DNA from: a virus | Reading direction: 5' to 3' (one strand) | IMG/VR virus record: IMGVR_UViG_3300023212_000488 | Span: 1 to 39,112 of that record | Length of the DNA stretch: 39,112 bases | Translations under genes and position numbers: made by a program | Shown here: piece after piece, positions 1 through 6,744 of the stretch | Numbering within the stretch: the first letter of the stretch is position 1 | Layout: each line of letters starts with the position of its first letter | The notes under the pieces: model-generated | Told to the model about the DNA's origin: nothing | The model's database searches: none | The model's input: the letters and a program-made list of their open reading frames with translations, nothing else

Positions 1-62
1 ATAAGACTTATGTACGGGTTGTGTAATGATTGTATAAGAGTTATATAACTGTTATATAATTT
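1..62. repeat. 62-bp sequence identical to the window end (circular-closure overlap or terminal redundancy)
   Basis: Bases 1-62 read identically to 39051-39112, so the unit genome is about 39050 bp. Confidence 0.95.
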
Positions 63-186
63 GTATGTCTTTTTTGTATAAGGCCTGTTTAGGGCCTACG
101 TTCCCGGGTACAGGACGAACCCAGACCTTCTCCTTATCGCTGTGATAGTCCAACCCAGACGCCCTGGCGCTTAAAGTCCAGAGAAG

Positions 187-261
187 TTATTTAGCTTTAT
201 TCACTAAGAAAGCCCATCCAAATAAACCTGCAGCGAATAAGATGAATTTTATCCAATCCAT
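187..261 (-). CDS. 24-aa hydrophobic peptide MDWIKFILFAAGLFGWAFLVNKAK (type I toxin-like or small membrane protein candidate)
   Basis: Hand translation gives ATG at 259-261 and TAA at 187-189. SD GAGAGG lies 7 nt upstream. The peptide has a single TM-like core and a basic C-terminus. It is below the 60-aa track cutoff. Confidence 0.35.
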   Translation of the reverse strand: MDWIKFILFAAGLFGWAFLVNKAK

Positions 262-291
262 AGAATTACCTCTCTTACCTAAATCTCATCT

Positions 292-320
292 ATTATATTC
301 TAGTTATGCTATCTAAGCAA
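292..320 (-). promoter_or_regulatory. sigma70-like promoter TTGCTT-17 nt-TATAAT facing the 24-aa ORF
   Basis: On the minus strand the -35 TTGCTT is at 315-320 and the -10 TATAAT at 292-297, with an exact 17-nt spacer. Confidence 0.4.
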
Positions 321-369
321 TGAAATTGTCAAAGTAAGAAGTTATTTTAACAACGTCTGATTATCTTCA

Positions 370-582
370 TTATGTTACAAAACGAGCCTCTTCACAATAG
401 TGTGTGAATGGCATGAATGACTTACAAGTATCTGTGGATGATAAATGACTCGTAGCTATAATGTGAGCGCCCATGCGTGTTTTGACCATAGTGTGGAGGT
501 AGTAGATATTGTCAGAATTGCGCTCTTTTTCATAAATAAAGAAACATCTTTTTTGATAAAAATTTATACGATGTTTATCCAT
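370..582 (-). CDS. hypothetical protein (Cys/His-containing, 70 aa)
   Basis: ORF from the track. Its ATG overlaps the stop of the upstream small ORF (ATGGATAA), suggesting translational coupling. No SD seen. Confidence 0.4.
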   Translation of the reverse strand: MDKHRINFYQKRCFFIYEKERNSDNIYYLHTMVKTRMGAHIIATSHLSSTDTCKSFMPFTHYCEEARFVT

Positions 583-739
583 GGTTCTGAATTTTGTACT
601 TCTGTCTAGCTTTTTTGGAGAGATATCCTAAGGTGGGAAAGTTTTTTGAATTTCCTATTTGAGGCTTATAGGGGGTTGAGAGCCATTTATCGTTGGCTTT
701 TTTGATATAACTTAGTTTTGCACTGCCTCTTAAAGCCAT
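575..739 (-). CDS. 54-aa basic protein, paralogous segment to the 730..921 product
   Basis: Hand translation gives MALRGSAKLSYIKKANDKWLSTPYKPQIGNSKNFPTLGYLSKKARQKYKIQNHG. It shares IKKANDKWL with the neighbouring ORF, and its ATG overlaps the neighbour's stop region. Confidence 0.4.
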   Translation of the reverse strand: MALRGSAKLSYIKKANDKWLSTPYKPQIGNSKNFPTLGYLSKKARQKYKIQNHG

Positions 740-921
740 TCATCATATCCTTGTTGTTGCATTTTTTTTCGTTGTAAATGCATAGCAACTTGTCTTTGCA
801 TAAGTCTTCGAAGGGCATCGCTACTTTTTTTCCTTTTGTTTGGATTTTTAGCAAGCCATTTATCATTGGCCTTTTTGATATCGTTCATTTCTTCATGTAA
901 TGGCTTTAGTGCTTTTCTCAT
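730..921 (-). CDS. 63-aa basic protein (MRKALKPLHEEMNDIKKANDKWLAKNPNKRKK...)
   Basis: The ATG at 919-921 lies 1 nt after the ParB-like stop (TGATATG). The longer track ORF 730..1080 overlaps the ParB-like gene in another frame. Confidence 0.5.
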   Translation of the reverse strand: MRKALKPLHEEMNDIKKANDKWLAKNPNKRKKSSDALRRLMQRQVAMHLQRKKMQQQGYDEWL

Positions 922-922
922 A

Positions 923-1396
923 TCAGAACTCAAAGCCACATGAAGGGCATTCGGTTTTCTTTCCTGCTTTTTTTTTCGTTTGCTTTTCTTCGCTATCCTC
1001 TTCCACAACTTCTGAAAAAGCACCAATAAGCTCCTCTTCATGAAATCCCCATGAAAGCAAGTCATCAGCTTCCCATTCATTGGCTAGGATGTCATAATCA
1101 AATGAGCCGGCATTCTTATTCATGCGAATACAAAGCTCTTCGCAATCTTTTTCATTGAGCTGTCTTTCAGGTATCCAACATTCTGTCGATGTATAGCCGA
1201 GCTCTTTAAGAATCTTTATGCGTTGATGACCGCTGATGATTGTATTGTCAGCATTAATGATGGGCTTTTCGGTAAGACCGAATTTTTCGATAGATTTTCT
1301 TAAGTGAAAGTATTGATCTTTGGAAAGTTGTCTTGGGTTCTTTGAGTGCTTTTTTAATGATTTTAAAGGCCGCTCTTGTAATGTCCATTTAATCAT
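923..1396 (-). CDS. ParB N-terminal domain (ParB/sulfiredoxin-like nuclease) protein
   Basis: LKKHSKNPRQLSKDQYFHLRKSIEKFGLTEKPIINADNTIISGHQRIKILKELG matches the ParB-N fold signature (NPR..., GHQR). The acidic C-terminus ends in a single CxxC. Confidence 0.75.
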   Translation of the reverse strand: MIKWTLQERPLKSLKKHSKNPRQLSKDQYFHLRKSIEKFGLTEKPIINADNTIISGHQRIKILKELGYTSTECWIPERQLNEKDCEELCIRMNKNAGSFDYDILANEWEADDLLSWGFHEEELIGAFSEVVEEDSEEKQTKKKAGKKTECPSCGFEF

Positions 1397-1578
1397 ATGC
1401 TCCCTAGCTTAGAAAATAGTATATCTATGAGTTGTTCTCTTTCTGTGAGAGTGAGATATCCATCTTCCACTTGTTGCATGTTCGGTCTCACAGATCTTCG
1501 ACTTTTGAATTTAAGCCATAAGAGATGCAACTGTCGGATATTCTTTTTATAAAAAATAGGGGCGCGTCGTTTCTTCAT
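1393..1578 (-). CDS. hypothetical basic protein, first gene of the minus-strand operon 1578->370
   Basis: ORF from the track, with an ATGA overlap onto the ParB-like gene. Confidence 0.5.
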   Translation of the reverse strand: MKKRRAPIFYKKNIRQLHLLWLKFKSRRSVRPNMQQVEDGYLTLTEREQLIDILFSKLGSI

Positions 1579-1607
1579 AGATTGCGTCTCATCTAAGAAG
1601 ATAAAAA

Positions 1608-1684
1608 TACAATGTAAATAATTTTTTTACAATGTTTTTGTAAAGTTTTTTGTTTTGTTGGATTTTTTTACTAAAGCCTTTACA
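1608..1684. promoter_or_regulatory. divergent control region with repeated TTTACA/TGTAAA half-sites
   Basis: TACAATGTA at 1608-1616; TTTACA at 1626-1631 paired with TGTAAA at 1639-1644; TTTACA at 1679-1684. A possible TTGGAT-17-TACACT promoter lies at 1658-1686. Confidence 0.35.
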
Positions 1685-1703
1685 CTAAGCTGTGGAGGTT
1701 TTT

Positions 1704-1976
1704 ATGGGATGTATTCAATTAGAATTTAATATTGATGAAAAAATAACTCTTGAGAAAAAAATCGAAATTCTTCAAAAGCAATTCAGTCAGCATGAGTTAA
1801 GTTCGAATTCAGTGCGCAAGAAATTGTTTGCTGAAAATAGCGAACTGAAAAATAAATGTGCTGAAATGAGTATTCAGATAACAGAACTTAAAGAACTACT
1901 ATTGAGGATAACGAATGAGCAAATCAATTGGGCCTATGGACAAGAAGGTTGTCTGTTTAATGCGCAAAAATATTGA
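1704..1976 (+). CDS. hypothetical coiled-coil protein
   Basis: The ATG at 1704 is preceded by GGAGG plus 5 nt. The track ORF starts at an upstream GTG (1692). Confidence 0.55.
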   Translation: MGCIQLEFNIDEKITLEKKIEILQKQFSQHELSSNSVRKKLFAENSELKNKCAEMSIQITELKELLLRITNEQINWAYGQEGCLFNAQKY

Positions 1977-2106
1977 ATCTGAAAATTTTGATATTGAAAC
2001 CATGGCAATTAATGATCCTGAAGGAGCAATTGAATATATTCATAGACAGTACAGAAAAGCACAAAGGCAGCTTATTGATAGATCTCTATCTTTACTGCCG
2101 GTATAG
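1915..2106 (+). CDS. hypothetical protein
   Basis: ORF from the track with SD GAGGA 6 nt upstream. It overlaps the neighbouring genes at both ends. Confidence 0.3.
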   Translation: MSKSIGPMDKKVVCLMRKNIESENFDIETMAINDPEGAIEYIHRQYRKAQRQLIDRSLSLLPV

Positions 2107-2434
2107 GATGTTTTTCCTGGTAATATTCCCATTCGATTCTTGGATCGCCATCAGCTCTTCCTTTTGGTAGATTGGGTATAATACAATCTGCTAGCTGATC
2201 GCGAATCCATTTAAGAGAAGATACAAGATTATCGAAATCTAGAAGTCGAGTGGCAAGCCTTGTCATTTTGATCTTGCATGGCAAAGAGACCTCATTATGA
2301 GTCCTTTGCTGATATGCAAGCTTAATGAAAAATTGCTGGCTTTTATGCCTTTTCGATTTGATTGTCCAATGCTCGCTCGTATTAGATTCGCTTATAGTTA
2401 TGATGTTGGAGACCCATGTATATTTCTTATCCAT
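2072..2434 (-). CDS. rusA: RusA-like Holliday junction resolvase
   Basis: The product is 120 aa. PCKIKMTRLATRLLDFDNLVSSLKWIRDQLAD...DGDPRI aligns by eye with the RusA core (D-x-D-N-L ... DD). Confidence 0.5.
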   Translation of the reverse strand: MDKKYTWVSNIITISESNTSEHWTIKSKRHKSQQFFIKLAYQQRTHNEVSLPCKIKMTRLATRLLDFDNLVSSLKWIRDQLADCIIPNLPKGRADGDPRIEWEYYQEKHPIPAVKIEIYQ

Positions 2435-2547
2435 CTGATAATAAAATCTTTACGAAATATATTGTTTCATTTCTCTTTTTCTGATATTGAATAGGCAAAA
2501 AATAACACTAAACAAAGAGATCCATATGCTTCTTAAGTATTTTTGTT

Positions 2548-2823
2548 TCAGTCTCTTCTTAAATCAGATCGCAGTCCCTCAACATGATCTTGATATTTAT
2601 CATGAATCTTGTTGAATGCAGATGCAAAACTTCTTAAAACAGAACGCTTTATTGTTTCGAAGTCACCATCAGGATCGTGAATCATATGATTAAAATACAG
2701 CCACTTACACAAAAACATTCCTTCATCCATCACAGTCATTATTTTTTCTTTAATGTTGTTTGCTTCTGCATCACTTGCTGCGGCCATATTTTCTCCTGTC
2801 ATATTTTGAAAAACAAAAAACAC
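2548..2823 (-). CDS. hypothetical protein
   Basis: ORF from the track, with no recognisable motif. Confidence 0.45.
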   Translation of the reverse strand: MFFVFQNMTGENMAAASDAEANNIKEKIMTVMDEGMFLCKWLYFNHMIHDPDGDFETIKRSVLRSFASAFNKIHDKYQDHVEGLRSDLRRD

Positions 2824-2839
2824 AACCCAAAAAAAATTT

Positions 2840-3082
2840 ATGGAAAAACCAGGAAATTATATATTCAAAAACTTCTCTCGTAAACTAGTTGCAAAACGTT
2901 ATGAAAGGAACCTAACTCAGGAAAAGTTATCTGAATTAGTCGACATTCATGTTGTGACAATTCAAGCTTTGGAAAGAGGTGTAAGAAACCCGTCATTTGC
3001 TACTGCTATTAAATTATCAAAAGTTTTAGACATCCCTATCGCTGAGCTTGCTGAAGCATGCTTAGAAGAGCTAGAGATCTAA
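2840..3082 (+). CDS. XRE-family helix-turn-helix transcriptional regulator
   Basis: LTQEKLSELVDIHVVTIQALERGVRNPSFATAIKLSKVLDIPIAEL is a canonical HTH_3 pattern. Confidence 0.8.
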   Translation: MEKPGNYIFKNFSRKLVAKRYERNLTQEKLSELVDIHVVTIQALERGVRNPSFATAIKLSKVLDIPIAELAEACLEELEI

Positions 3083-3117
3083 AGCATTGTCACTTATATA
3101 TGCACTTTCAAAAAACG

Positions 3118-4056
3118 TCAAGCAATTTGGCATTGATACATTTTCATCTTGTCTTTCAACCTCTCTGTAAATCCTTTTTCTGTGTATTTTAAGAAATCTG
3201 GAGCCTTTTGAGAGGTGTAAAAGATAAACTCAACACCTTTAGCTAAGATATCTATCCCTAAAAAGGATGGTTTTTTAGCTTTCTGGATGATTTCTGCTGC
3301 TGCCTTCTTGTTGATGCTTTCTTCATCATCTTTGCTCAATGGAGGCACAAGCTTTTGCTTACATGCCCATTTTAGCGCTTGGATCAATCCCTTGGTATGC
3401 TTTGTTTCCGGATGTAGAGCCCAAGCTACGGCGTTTTTAACGTCATCTTCGCTATAATGGGTTGTTATCCATTGCTTTTCATAAGGGTCTATCTGCAAAG
3501 ATTCAAGGCATCCATAGACTGCCTTTTGCTGTTGTTTTTTTTCAGAAGAAACAGCAGCAATCGGCGAAGCCGCCTTTTCTTTTGTTGTTGTTTCTTTTGT
3601 ATATATATTTTCTTTTGTGGGTGTCCCATGGGACACTGGGGGGGGTGTTCGGTGGGACACTGGGGGGGTGTCCGACGGGACACTGGTATAAGAATTTTTA
3701 AAACAAGCCATTTCTTCTTCTGTCTCAATACCATCCGATGGATCATGAATTTCTCGTTCATCGGTTTCAGTCACCAGTCCATAGTAACATTTTTGATTGC
3801 CATTGGAACCCACAATTCGTTTGAAAATAAGGTTCTTTTGGATCAACCTAATTAAAATTTTACATACCGATCTTCGTTCATAACCGGTCTTTTGGGCAAG
3901 CATGCTTAAAGTGATCCAATCTTCACATTTATGCCATCCGAAAGTTTGGCGAATAATTATAAGCAAGACACGCATTTCTCCTTCATTAAGAGTTTTCATG
4001 ATCTCATCAAAGAAAATATTTGGAGTGTTGGTATAATTAGGAGCAGGAATTTTCAT
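3118..4056 (-). CDS. replication initiator, lambda O-like (N-terminal winged-helix Rep_O domain)
   Basis: NIFFDEIMKTLNEGEMRVLLIIIRQTFGWHKCEDWITLSMLAQKTGYERRSVCKILIRLIQKNLI resembles the phage replication protein O N-terminus. The ATG at 4056 has GGAGG plus 6 nt upstream. A Pro/Thr linker is encoded by the iterons. Confidence 0.7.
   Translation of the reverse strand: MKIPAPNYTNTPNIFFDEIMKTLNEGEMRVLLIIIRQTFGWHKCEDWITLSMLAQKTGYERRSVCKILIRLIQKNLIFKRIVGSNGNQKCYYGLVTETDEREIHDPSDGIETEEEMACFKNSYTSVPSDTPPVSHRTPPPVSHGTPTKENIYTKETTTKEKAASPIAAVSSEKKQQQKAVYGCLESLQIDPYEKQWITTHYSEDDVKNAVAWALHPETKHTKGLIQALKWACKQKLVPPLSKDDEESINKKAAAEIIQKAKKPSFLGIDILAKGVEFIFYTSQKAPDFLKYTEKGFTERLKDKMKMYQCQIA
3575..3687. other. 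putative origin of replication: three 23-24-bp iterons plus adjoining AT-rich tract, inside the rep gene
   Basis: The units start at 3621, 3645 and 3668, and each carries GTGT(C/T)C-N4-GGACAC followed by TGG and a G-run. The first is the perfect palindrome GTGTCCCATGGGACAC. An AT-rich stretch lies at 3575-3618. Confidence 0.55.
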
Positions 4057-4276
4057 AAAAAACCTCCAAAATCCCAATATTGATGAGTTCTTTTCTGAAT
4101 ATTTCAGGCATGTCTTTCCAATGAATAAGATTGGATTCAAGAAGAGTGTAATATCCTTTAGCAGTTACAGAAAGAATTGGATTTGACAAAATTCTTTTAT
4201 CAATCTGCACATAAGGATTTTCTCTATCATGAGGACATCGTTGAAAAGTAGGTTCATTAGGAATATGATTTTTCAT
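4037..4276 (-). CDS. hypothetical protein upstream of rep (79 aa)
   Basis: The ATG at 4276 has AAGGAG plus 5 nt upstream. The gene overlaps the rep start by 20 nt. Confidence 0.55.
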   Translation of the reverse strand: MKNHIPNEPTFQRCPHDRENPYVQIDKRILSNPILSVTAKGYYTLLESNLIHWKDMPEIFRKELINIGILEVFYENSCS

Positions 4277-4512
4277 TATAAACTCCTTTCAGTTAGAAGT
4301 TTATAATTTTGAACATAACATAAATTATCTGGCGTGAAATTTCGGACTTTGCGTATATTGCTAGCGACAGAGAATAAGATCTCGAAAAATAGAGACATAA
4401 GAACCTCTTGTCTGTAAAGAGATTTATTTTTTTGAGATTGATCTATGAAAGAATGTAGCCGATAGGTACACTGTGTGCGTCATTAGTAAGACAAATGAGA
4501 ATCTTTAAGAAC

Positions 4513-4670
4513 CAGCGTTAGCGCTGTATTTTGTAAAGACCCCATGAGTTATCACTAAGGATACACACATTTCATAGGTGAATCTGGTTTCCCCGTGGGG
4601 GGGAAACTGGGCTAGAGAGTAATCTCTGTTATAAGGGTCTAGGTTAAAACCTAGGCCCTTTCTTTTTTTT
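4513..4670 (+). ncRNA. candidate structured small RNA ending in an intrinsic terminator (antisense to the rep-operon leader)
   Basis: There are four consecutive hairpins: CAGCG/CGCTG at 4513-4526, GTTTCCCC/GGGGAAAC at 4587-4607, AGAGA/TCTCT around 4614-4628, and the terminator at 4635-4658. There is no ORF, and the 5' end and promoter are undefined. Confidence 0.35.
4635..4670 (+). terminator. rho-independent terminator (plus strand)
   Basis: GGGTCTAGGTT..AACCTAGGCCC forms the stem (one G-U pair), followed by TTTCTTTTTTTT. Confidence 0.7.
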
Positions 4671-4671
4671 G

Positions 4672-4965
4672 TCATGAATCTTCAAATTCCTCGAATTCTT
4701 GCCAATCTACAAGTTCGGCGCATATATGTCCAGGTTTTGAATCAAAGAGGCTCACAAGCCCTTCGTTGTTCAAAGCTCTGATATCGTTTGTGACCTTATT
4801 AGGGTGAAATTTTGTGTATAGTTCCTTCTTAGGTATATGTACACAGCAGTTTGTATCGCGCTTTTCCCACAAGTACATATATAAAGTTGCTGCTCCTGAG
4901 CAATGTTCTAAAACTTGTTCTAGAAATGGTTTAGGGGGATAATCCCATAGTTGTGCTAAAGCCAT
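4672..4965 (-). CDS. hypothetical protein (acidic C-terminus)
   Basis: ORF from the track with SD AAGGAAGG upstream of the ATG. Confidence 0.55.
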   Translation of the reverse strand: MALAQLWDYPPKPFLEQVLEHCSGAATLYMYLWEKRDTNCCVHIPKKELYTKFHPNKVTNDIRALNNEGLVSLFDSKPGHICAELVDWQEFEEFEDS

Positions 4966-5021
4966 AACCTTCCTTTCTGTTGGGCGTTATATCTATATTA
5001 GATTTAAAAATTTCGCACCTA

Positions 5022-5056
5022 CACATTTTGCATAAAACAAAAATATGTGTTATGCA
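5022..5056. promoter_or_regulatory. operator-like nested inverted repeats
   Basis: TGCATAA (5029-5035) and TTATGCA (5050-5056) are separated by 14 nt. CACAT (5022-5026) pairs with ATGTG (5045-5049). Confidence 0.3.
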
Positions 5057-5092
5057 TTGGTGTAAGAATTTTTTTTAACGTGGGGTGTGATC

Positions 5093-5212
5093 ATGGATAG
5101 TGTTTTCTTAGAACTTATAGAAGGTTTGAAAAAAGATAAAGTACTAAAATGGCTTGTGGGGGGATGGCTGACGTTGGTTTCTGGAACAATCATAACTTTA
5201 TTATGTATATGA
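5093..5212 (+). CDS. 39-aa peptide with C-terminal TM segment (MDSVFLELIEGLKKDKVLKWLVGGWLTLVSGTIITLLCI)
   Basis: Hand translation, with GGGGTG upstream. The stop abuts the convergent HTH gene. Confidence 0.3.
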   Translation: MDSVFLELIEGLKKDKVLKWLVGGWLTLVSGTIITLLCI

Positions 5213-5485
5213 TTATTCCTGAGAATCCTTCTCCTTTTTCGCAGAATCTTTTGCTTTTGATTTTAGTCGTATACTGTGCATTATTTCTCTACATGTGACC
5301 TTTCCAAAGGTAGCATCTTCGATACGTATGGCGGTAGAAAGCATAGGTTCGCGTCCATTGATCACACTTTTCAAAGTAACATATGAAATACCAGTGCTTT
5401 GAGAGAATTCCCAAAGAGATAAGTTGTTTATTTTCAAAAACTCAGATAGATCCATGCGTAAATTTTCACTTTCTTGTGTTGACAA
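5213..5485 (-). CDS. Cro/CI-type HTH regulator
   Basis: LSLWEFSQSTGISYVTLKSVINGREPMLSTAIRIEDATFGKV is an HTH pattern. The track start is a TTG, and the ATG at 5455 (MDLSEF...) is an alternative. The gene is divergent from the early plus-strand operon. Confidence 0.7.
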   Translation of the reverse strand: MSTQESENLRMDLSEFLKINNLSLWEFSQSTGISYVTLKSVINGREPMLSTAIRIEDATFGKVTCREIMHSIRLKSKAKDSAKKEKDSQE

Positions 5486-5505
5486 GATTTACTGACGTAT
5501 AATAT
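5479..5505 (+). promoter_or_regulatory. candidate early promoter (TTGACA ... TATAAT/TAATAT)
   Basis: A perfect TTGACA lies at 5479-5484. TATAAT at 5498-5503 gives a 13-nt spacer and TAATAT at 5500-5505 gives 15 nt, so the spacing is suboptimal. Confidence 0.35.
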
Positions 5506-5538
5506 AGTAAAGACATCACTCAATGAACACCTCGTTTA

Positions 5539-5739
5539 TTGATGGGTGAGACTATAACAGAGAGTAATTATATGGACAAAGACAAAATGAGAAAAGAGAT
5601 CATTATCCTTAAATTGCAATTAGATAGGATAGATGACTTAATGATTCAAATGCGCGATCAAATAGATTCTTTACAGAATCAAATCATGAACATTGAAGAG
5701 CAAGAAATTGAAGATGCTTGGAGGAAAATATGTATCTAG
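5539..5739 (+). CDS. hypothetical coiled-coil protein
   Basis: ORF from the track. The start is uncertain (TTG 5539, ATG 5542 or ATG 5572). Confidence 0.5.
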   Translation: MMGETITESNYMDKDKMRKEIIILKLQLDRIDDLMIQMRDQIDSLQNQIMNIEEQEIEDAWRKICI

Positions 5740-6032
5740 ATGTTGATTGCGCAAAGGATTATTTCAAGGAGCGCATGGTAGAAAAAATGGAAGAGCGCAA
5801 AGAAGAAGCTGTAGAAGCCGTCGCAAATATCGTAGGAAAAGAGTTAGCTGAAGCTTTTACTAAAGTTCTTTCATCTGCTTATGAGTATGGTTGCCCTGAA
5901 GCAATTAGATTAGCTAGCTGTTTAGGACTGGATGACGACGACTTTTTATGTATCGAAGAAAAATACGATGAATTTGTAGATAGAATGAATCAAATATACG
6001 AAGCAAGATATGTTTCCGCAATGGAGGATTAA
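5730..6032 (+). CDS. hypothetical acidic protein
   Basis: The ATG at 5730 is preceded by GGAGGA plus 4 nt. Confidence 0.55.
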   Translation: MYLDVDCAKDYFKERMVEKMEERKEEAVEAVANIVGKELAEAFTKVLSSAYEYGCPEAIRLASCLGLDDDDFLCIEEKYDEFVDRMNQIYEARYVSAMED

Positions 6033-6033
6033 T

Positions 6034-6744
6034 ATGAACATGATGAGTGAAAATATAAATGAATTAATAAGCGCTTTGGCACTAGCTCAAGGGCAAATCA
6101 GAGGTGCTGTAAAAGATAGCGATAATCCCTTTTTCAAAAGTAAATATGCAGACCTAAATAGCATTTGGAATGCGTGTAGAGAGGCTTTGAGCATGCATGG
6201 ATTGGCTGTTGCACAAACAATGTTTGAAAATGAAAAAGGAGATCTTTTTCTACAAACCACTTTAGGACATTCCTCAGGGCAATGGATAAAGTCAAATCTT
6301 CCAATTAATATCCAATCATCTAAAGAGGGGAGTAGAGTAAATGAATTGCAATTGTTAGGATCAGCAATAACTTATCTTCGAAGATATGCCCTTGCAGCTA
6401 TTGTAGGGGTAGCTCCTGATGAAGATGATGATGGCAATGCTGCTGGAGGATATAAAGCAAAACAAGCAAAATCATATGAAAAAACTTCTTCATCTGTTCC
6501 AAAAAAAATAACTGATAAGCAAGCTTATGATCTTGAGACTATATTAGATGAGTGTGATCCAAGCTATAAGAAATGGTTTTTAGATGTTGCTAAAAAACAC
6601 TATGGAATAGAAAATATTTCCGAAATTCCTCAAGAAAGATTCGAAAAGATGAGACTCGATGCGAATAAAAATCGTGAAGATTACATCAAAAAGCAATCTG
6701 AGCAATATGCCGATCAAGAAATGGCTGCATCGGAGATCCAATGA
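6034..6744 (+). CDS. erf: ERF-family single-strand annealing recombinase
   Basis: NPFFKSKYADLNSIWNACREAL...LGSAITYLRRYALAAIVGVAPDEDDDG is the ERF signature. The ATG at 6034 is preceded by GGAGGA plus 5 nt. Confidence 0.8.
   Translation: MNMMSENINELISALALAQGQIRGAVKDSDNPFFKSKYADLNSIWNACREALSMHGLAVAQTMFENEKGDLFLQTTLGHSSGQWIKSNLPINIQSSKEGSRVNELQLLGSAITYLRRYALAAIVGVAPDEDDDGNAAGGYKAKQAKSYEKTSSSVPKKITDKQAYDLETILDECDPSYKKWFLDVAKKHYGIENISEIPQERFEKMRLDANKNREDYIKKQSEQYADQEMAASEIQ

Noticed and set aside
1-62. The 62-bp end repeat as a genuine T7-like direct terminal repeat
   Set aside because: It cannot be distinguished from an assembler circularisation overlap. The repeat runs through the parA upstream region with no obvious terminal signature, so it is treated as circular closure. 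Read-end analysis would decide.
80-186. GC-rich island as a tRNA/tmRNA 3' fragment (attP core)
   Set aside because: I tried to fit T-arm and acceptor geometry around GGGTTCGTCCTGTACCC on both strands and found no consistent stems. The attP idea therefore remains unsupported, though a host BLAST has not excluded it.
730-1080. 116-aa track ORF taken as a single gene
   Set aside because: Its first 53 codons overlap the ParB-like gene in another frame. An ATG at 919-921 just after the ParB stop gives a cleaner 63-aa gene. The overlap is instead noted as a possible A9 slippage site.
3457-3855. Three overlapping ORFs (3457-3855 +, 3462-3701 +, 3489-3761 -) across the rep linker
   Set aside because: They are low-complexity products of the iteron and poly-purine region. 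The rep frame has the domain signature and a strong SD.
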